From: the human T2T-CHM13v2.0 reference genome, Homo sapiens
Direction: 5' to 3' (one strand)
NCBI RefSeq assembly: GCF_009914755.1
Contig: NC_060933.1
Length of the DNA stretch: 64,000 bases
The notes beneath the pieces are model-generated. The model ran no database searches, was not told the origin of the DNA, and worked only from the letters and a program-made list of their open reading frames with translations. Shown here piece by piece: positions 57,400-64,000 of this stretch (position 1 is the first letter of the stretch; each line of letters opens with the position of its first letter). A program made the translations under genes and the position numbers.

Positions 57400-59200
57400 A
57401 TTCCATTCCATTCCATTCCATTCCATTCCATTCCATTCCATTCCTTTCCATTACATTACGGATGATTCCATTCCATTCCATTCCATTCCATTCCTTTCCC
57501 CTGTACTCGGGTTGATTCCATTCCATTCCATTCCAATCCATGCCATTCCACTCGTGTTGATTCCATTCTTTCCATTCCATTCAAGATGAATCCATTCCAT
57601 TGCATTCCATTCCATTCGATACCATTCGTTTGCACTCGTGTTGATTCCATGGCATTGCATTCCATTCCATTCCATTCCTTTACATTCCATTCCATTCCAT
57701 TCCATTCCTTTCCATTCCATTCCATTCCATTCGGATTCATTCTATTCAATTCCCTTACACTCCATTACATTACATTCCATTCGGGTTGTTCCATTCCATT
57801 CCATTCCATTCCACTCCATTCCATTGCACTCGGGTTGATTCCATTCCATTCCTTTCCATTCCATTCCATTACATTCCGGATGATTCCATTCCATTGCATT
57901 CCGTTCCATTCCATTCCCCTGCACTCGCGTTGATTCCATTCCATTCCATTCCATTCCATTCAATTCCATTCCATTACAATTCGTTCCATTCCATTCTATT
58001 CCGTACCATTCCATTCAATTCCATACCATTCCATTCCATTCCATTCCATTCAGTTCCATTCCGTTCCATTCCATTCCATTCCATTCTATTCGGGTTAATT
58101 CCATTCCATTCCATTCCATTCCATTCCATTCTATTCCATTCCATTGCAGTCGAGTTGAATCCATTGCATTTCATTCCATTCCATTCCATTCCATTCCATT
58201 CCAGAAGATTCCATTCCATTGCATTCCATTCCATTCCATTCCATTCCATTCCATTCCATTCCGTTCCATTCCATTACATTCGGATTGATTCTATTCAATT
58301 CCCTTACACTGCATTCCATTCCATTCCATTCGGGTAGTTTCCATTCCATTCCATTCCATTCCTCTCCATTCCATTGCACTCGGGTTGATTCCATTCCATT
58401 GCATTCCATTCCATTCCATTCAATTCCATTCCGTTCCATTCCATTCCATTACATTCGGATTGATTCTATTCAACTCCCTTACGCTCCATTACATTCCATT
58501 CCATTCGGGTTGTTCCATTCCATTCCACTCCATTCCATTGCACTCGGGTTGATTCCGTTCCATTCCATTCCATTCCTTTCCATTCCATTCCGGAATATGC
58601 CACTCCATTGCATTCCATTCCATTCCATTCCCCTGCACTCACGTTGATTCCATTCCATTCCACTCCATTCCATTCCATTCCATTCCTTTCGGTTCCATTC
58701 CATTCCATTCCATTCCATTCCGTTCCGTTCCATTCCATTCCATTTCATTCTATTCGGGTTAATTCCATTCCATTCCATTCGATTGCAATCGAGTTGATTC
58801 CATTCCATTCCATTCCATTCCATTCCATTCCATTCCATTCCATTCCATTCCATTCCATTCCTTTCTATTCCATTACGGATGATTCCATTCCATTGCATTC
58901 CATTCCATTCCATTCCCCTGTACTCGGGTTGATTCCATTCCCTTCCATTCCAATCCATGCCATTCCACTCGTGTTGATTCCATTCTTTCCATTCCATTCA
59001 AGTTGAATCTATTCCATTGCATTCCATTCCATTCCATTCCCCTGAAGTCGGGTTGATTCCATTCCATTCCATTCCATTCCATTCCATTCCATTCCATTCC
59101 ATTCCATTCCGTTCCGTTCCATTCCATTCCATTCCATTCTATTCGGGTTAATTCCATTCCATTCTATTCCATTCCATTCAATTCCAATCCATTCAGTTCC
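57400..59200 (+). repeat. Dispersed copy of ~38650-40440 (offset ~18.76 kb)
   Basis: ORF pairs 38828/57586 (18758), 39466/58219 (18753), 39713/58466 (18753). Shared GCAGTCGAG, GCACTCACG, CCTTTCGGTT, GTTGAATCTATT, CCCCTGAAGTCGGG. Confidence 0.85.
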
Positions 59201-60409
59201 ATTCCATTCCATTCCATTCCATTCTATTCGGGTTAATTCCATTCCATTCCATTCCATTCCATTCCATTCTATTCCATTCCATTGCAGTCGAGTTGAATCC
59301 ATTGCATTTCATTCCATTCCATTCCATTCCATTCCATTCCGGAAGATTCCATTCCATTGCATTCCATTCCATTCCATTCCCCTGCACTGGCGTTGATTCC
59401 ATTCCATTCCATTACATTCCATTCCGTTCTGTTCCGTTCCGTTCCATTCCATTCCATTCCATTCTGTTCCGTTCCATTCCATTCCATTCCATTCTATTCG
59501 GGTTAATTCCATTCCATTCCATTCGATTGCAATCGAGTTGATTCCATTCCATTCCATTCCATTCCATTCCATTCCATTCCATTCCATTCCTTTCCATTCC
59601 TTTACGGATGATTCCATTCCATTGCATTCCATTCCACTCCATTCCCCTGTACTCGGGTTGATTCCATTCCATTCCATTCCAATCCATGCCATTCCACTCG
59701 GGTTGATTCCATTCTTTCCATTCCATTCAAGTTGAATCCATTCCATTGCATTCCATTCCATTGGATTCCATTCGATTGCACTCGGGTTGATTCCATTCCA
59801 TTGCATTCCATTCCATTCCATTCCATTCCATTCCATTCCATTCCGTTCCATTCCATTACATTCGGATTGATTCTATTCAATTCCCTTACACTGCATTCCA
59901 TTCCATTCCATTCGGGTAGTTTCCATTCCATTCCATTCCATTCCTCTCCATTCCATTGCACTCGGGTTGATTCCATTCCATTGCATTCCATTCCATTCCA
60001 TTCCATTCAATTCCATTCCGTTCCATTACATTCCATTACATTCGGATTGATTCTATTCAACTCCCTTACTCTCCATTCCATTCCATTCCATTCGGGTTGT
60101 TCCATTCCATTCCACTCCATACCATTGCACTCGGGTTGATTCCATTCCATTCCATTCCATTCCATTCCGAAAGATTCCATTCCATTGCATTCCATTCCAT
60201 TCCATTCCCCTGCACTCGCGTTGATTCCATTCCATTCCAGTCCATTCCATTCCATTCCATTCCTTTCGGTTCCATTCCATTCCATTCCATTCCATTCCAT
60301 TCCATTCAATTCCGTTCCGTTCCATTCCATTCCATTCCATTCTATTCGGGTTAATTCCATTCCATTCCATTCGATTGCAATCGAGTTGATTCCATTCCAT
60401 TCCATTCCA

Positions 60410-62450
60410 TTCCATTCCATTCTATTCGGGTTAATTCCATTCCATTCCATTCTGTTCCATTCCATTCCATTCCATTGCATTCCATTCCGTTCCATTCCGT
60501 TCCATTCCATTCCATTCCATTCTATTCGGGTTAATTTCATTCCATTCCATTCCATTGCATTCTATTCCATTCCATTGCAATCGAGTTGAATCCATTGCAT
60601 TTCATTCCATTCCATTCCATTCCATTCCATTCCGGAAGATTCCATTCCATTGCATTCCATTCCATTCCATTCCCCTGCACTCGCGTTGATTCCATTCCAT
60701 TCCATTCCATTCCATTCCATTCCATTCCATTCCATTGTACTCGGGTTGATTCCATTCCATTGCATTCCATTCCATTCCATTCCATTCCATTCTATTCCAT
60801 TCCATTCCGTTGCTTTCCATTCCATTACATTCGGATTGATTCTATTCAACTCCCTTACTCTCCATTACATTCCATTCCATTCGGGTTCTTCCATTCCATT
60901 CCATTCCATTCCACTCCATTCCATTGCACTCGGGTTGATTCCATTCCATTCCATTCCATTCCATTCATTCCGGATGATTCCATTCCATTGCATTCCGTTC
61001 CATTACATTCCCCTGCACTCGCGTTGATTCCATTCCATTCCATTCCATTCCATTCAATTCCATTCCATTACAATTCGTTCCATTCCATTCTATTCCGTAC
61101 CATTCCATTCCATTACATACCATTCCATTCCATTCCATTCCATTCCATTCTGTTCCATTCCGTTCCATTCCATTCCATTCCATTCTATTCGGGTTAATTC
61201 CATTCCATTCCATTCCGTTCCATTCCATTCCATTCCATTCCATTGCATTCCATTCCGTTCCATTCCGTTCCATTCCATTCCATTCCATTCTATTCGGGTT
61301 AATTCCATTCCATTCCATTCCATTCCATTCCATTCTATTCCATTCCATTGCAATCGAGTTGAATCCATTGCATTTCATTCCATTCCATTCCATTCCATTC
61401 CATTCCGGAAGATTCCATTCCATTGCATTCCATTCCATTCCATTCCCCTGCACTCGCGTTGATTCCATTCCATTCCATTCCACTCCATTCCATTCCATTC
61501 CATTCCGTTCCGTTCCGTTCCATTCCATTCCATTCCATTCCGTTCCGTTCCATTCCATTCCATTCCATTCCATTCTATTCGGGTTAATTCCATTCCATTC
61601 CATTCGATTGCAATCGAGTTGATTCCATTCCATTCCATTCCATTCCATTCCATTCCATTCCATTCCATTCCTTTCCATTACATTACGGATGATTCCATTC
61701 CATTCCATTCCATTCCATTCCTTTCCCCTGTACTCGGGTTGATTCCATTCCATTCCATTCCAATCCATGCCATTCCACTCGTGTTGATTCCATTCTTTCC
61801 ATTCCATTCAAGATGAATCCATTCCATTGCATTCCATTCCATTCGATACCATTCGTTTGCACTCGTGTTGATTCCATGGCATTGCATTCCATTCCATTCC
61901 ATTCCTTTACATTCCATTCCATTCCATTCCATTCCTTTCCATTCCATTCCATTCCATTCGGATTCATTCTATTCAATTCCCTTACACTCCATTACATTAC
62001 ATTCCATTCGGGTTGTTCCATTCCATTCCATTCCATTCCACTCCATTCCATTGCACTCGGGTTGATTCCATTCCATTCCTTTCCATTCCATTCCATTACA
62101 TTCCGGATGATTCCATTCCATTGCATTCCGTTCCATTCCATTCCCCTGCACTCGCGTTGATTCCATTCCATTCCATTCCATTCCATTCAATTCCATTCCA
62201 TTACAATTCGTTCCATTCCATTCTATTCCGTACCATTCCATTCAATTCCATACCATTCCATTCCATTCCATTCCATTCAGTTCCATTCCGTTCCATTCCA
62301 TTCCATTCCATTCTATTCGGGTTAATTCCATTCCATTCCATTCCATTCCATTCCATTCTATTCCATTCCATTGCAGTCGAGTTGAATCCATTGCATTTCA
62401 TTCCATTCCATTCCATTCCATTCCATTCCATTCCAGAAGATTCCATTCCA
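60410..62450 (+). repeat. Copy of ~56180-58220 (offset 4227-4237)
   Basis: ORF pairs 56628/60855, 56738/60965, 57586/61813 and 57974/62201 all at 4227. Shared CGATACCATTCG, CCTTTACATT, CCAGAAGATT. Confidence 0.9.
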
Positions 62451-62459
62451 TTGCATTCC

Positions 62460-64000
62460 ATTCCATTCCATTGTATTCGGGTTGATTCCATTGCATTCCT
62501 TTCCATTCCATTCCATTCCATTCCATTCCATTACAATCGAGTTGATTCCATTCCATTCCATTCCATTCCAGTTCTTTCCATTCCATTCCACTCGGGTTGA
62601 TTCCATTCTATTAGTTTCCATTCTATTCCATTCCCTTCCATTCCACTCTGGTTGATTCCATTCCTTTCCATTCCACTCGAATACATTCCCTCCTATTCCA
62701 CTCGGAACGATTCCATTCCATTCCATTCCATTCCATTCCATTCCATTCCATTCCATTCCATTCCGTTCCATTCCATTCTATTCCGTACCATTCCATTCCA
62801 TTCCATTCCATTCCATTCCATTCCACTCGTGTTGATTCCATTGCTTTCCATTCCATTCGGTTTGAAGGCATTCCATTCCATTCAATTCCATTCCATTCCA
62901 TTCCATTCCATTCCATTCCATTCCATTCCATTGTACTCGGGTTGATTCAATTCCATTGCATTCCATTCCATTCCATTCCGTTGCATTCCATTCCATTTCA
63001 TTCGGATTGATTGTATTCAAATCCCTTACTCTTCATTACATTCCATTCCATTCGGGTTGTTCCATTCCATTCCATTCCATTCCATTCCATTCCATTCCAT
63101 ACCATTCCATTCCATTCCATTCCATTCCATTCCGTTCCATTCCGTTCCATTCCATTCCATTCCATTCTATTCGGGTTAATTCCATTCCATTCCATTCCAT
63201 TCCATTCCATTCTATTCCATTCCATTGCAATCGAGTTGAATCCATTGCATTTCATTCTATTCCATTCCATTCCATTCCATTCCGGAAGATTCCATTCCAT
63301 TGCATTCCATTCCATTCCATTCCCCTGCACTCGCGTTGATTCCATTCCATTCCATTCCATTCCATTCCATTCCGTTCCATTCCGTTCCGTTCCATTTCAT
63401 TCCATTCCATTCCATTCCATTCCGTTCCGTTCCATTTCATTCCATTCCATTCCACTCTATTCGGGTTAATTCCATTCCATTCCATTCGATTGCAATCGAG
63501 TTGATTCCATTCCATTCCATTCCATTCCATTCCATTCCTTTCCCCTGTACTCGGGTTGATTCCATTCCATTCCATTCCAATCCATGCCATTCCACTCGTG
63601 TTGATTCCATTCTTTCCATTCCATTCAAGATGAATCCATTCCATTGCATTCCATTCCATTCGATTCCATTCGTTTGCACTCGTGTTGATTCCATGGCATT
63701 GCATTCCATTCCATTGCATTCCATTTCATTCCATTCCATTGCATTCCATTTCATTCCATTCCATTCATTTCCATTCCATTCCATTCCATTCGGATTCATT
63801 CTATTCAATTCCCTTACACTCCATTACATTACATTCCATTCGGGTTGTTCCATTCCATTCCATTCCATTCCACTCCATTCCATTGCACTGGGGTTGATTC
63901 CATTCCATTCCTTTCCATTCCATTCCATTCCATTCCGGATGATTCCATTCCATTGCATTCCGTTCCATTCCATTCCCCTGCAGTCGCGTTGATTCCATTC
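62460..64000 (+). repeat. Copy of ~51240-52760 (offset ~11.24 kb), running off the window end
   Basis: ORF pairs 51760/62998 and 52014/63252 (11238); identical 71-aa translation at 52439/63682 (11243). Confidence 0.88.

Larger units (their letters stand above)
1..64000 (+). repeat. Human satellite 3 (HSat3/SatIII) array, (CATTC)n on + strand, probably HSat3B-type
   Basis: Continuous CATTC/ATTCC pentamer tandem repeat from base 1 to 64000, with long perfect runs interrupted by the ACTCGGGTTG/ATTCGGGTT motif classically described for satellite 3. It lacks the CATTCGATTC-dominated, ATCATCGAAT-rich ~26-bp unit of HSat2. The subfamily call is an inference. Confidence 0.97.

Noticed and set aside
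37-63998. Hundreds of ORFs up to 368 aa (MEWNG- and IPFHS-repeat peptides)
   Set aside because: A pure CATTC/GAATG repeat has no stop codon in any frame and supplies ATG every 5 bp on the minus strand. The ORFs overlap in all six frames, have no domain content, and change frame with pentamer indels between duplicate copies.
1-64000. CRISPR-like repeat/spacer arrangement (constant words separated by variable stretches, plus a palindrome)
   Set aside because: The intervening stretches are CATTC runs rather than unique spacers, the spacing is irregular, and there are no cas genes. This is primate satellite DNA.
1-64000. HSat2, alpha satellite/CENP-B box or telomeric repeat
   Set aside because: There is no ~26-bp HSat2 unit, no 171-bp monomer and no TTAGGG tract. 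GGGTTA/GGGTTG occur only as isolated words within the satellite 3 motif.
1-64000. Strand inversion or inserted mobile element (Alu/L1)
   Set aside because: I saw no GGAAT run on the + strand, no poly(A) tail and no non-satellite segment; the longest complex stretches are ~30-40 bp satellite-derived words.
1-64000. Canonical G-quadruplex/i-motif clusters from GGG or CCCC words
   Set aside because: G3/C3-4 tracts are isolated and too far apart for four-tract motifs. The known fold-back behaviour of (GGAAT)n is generic to satellite 3 and not specific to this window.

Overview
The whole 64 kb window is one uninterrupted (CATTC)n/(GAATG)n pentamer satellite array. It has the features of Human Satellite 3 (HSat3, classical satellite III, pericentromeric heterochromatin of human or another great ape), and the recurrent A(C/T)TCGGGTTG decamer points to an HSat3B-type array. 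The chromosome cannot be assigned by eye. The CATTC strand stays on + throughout, and I saw no inversion, transposon, RNA gene or credible protein-coding gene; the ORFs (MEWNG.../IPFHS...) are pentamer translation artefacts. The array has no single higher-order period and is a patchwork of nested duplications. These include a near-identical 7.4-kb tandem duplication (~25.13-32.54 and ~32.54-39.95 kb), a locally homogenised ~2.5-3.4-kb triplicated domain with private variants (~40.5-51 kb), and a mosaic end region with copies at offsets of ~0.78, ~2.93, ~4.23, ~11.24 and ~18.76 kb. The non-pentamer words include roughly 50 perfect three-unit heat shock elements (aTTCcgGAAgaTTCc) and a recurrent perfect 14-bp palindrome (TCGATTGCAATCGA). 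I found no evidence of a new gene-encoded system; the interest lies in regulatory motif content and array evolution. All counts and boundaries were read by eye or from ORF-track offsets and are approximate.
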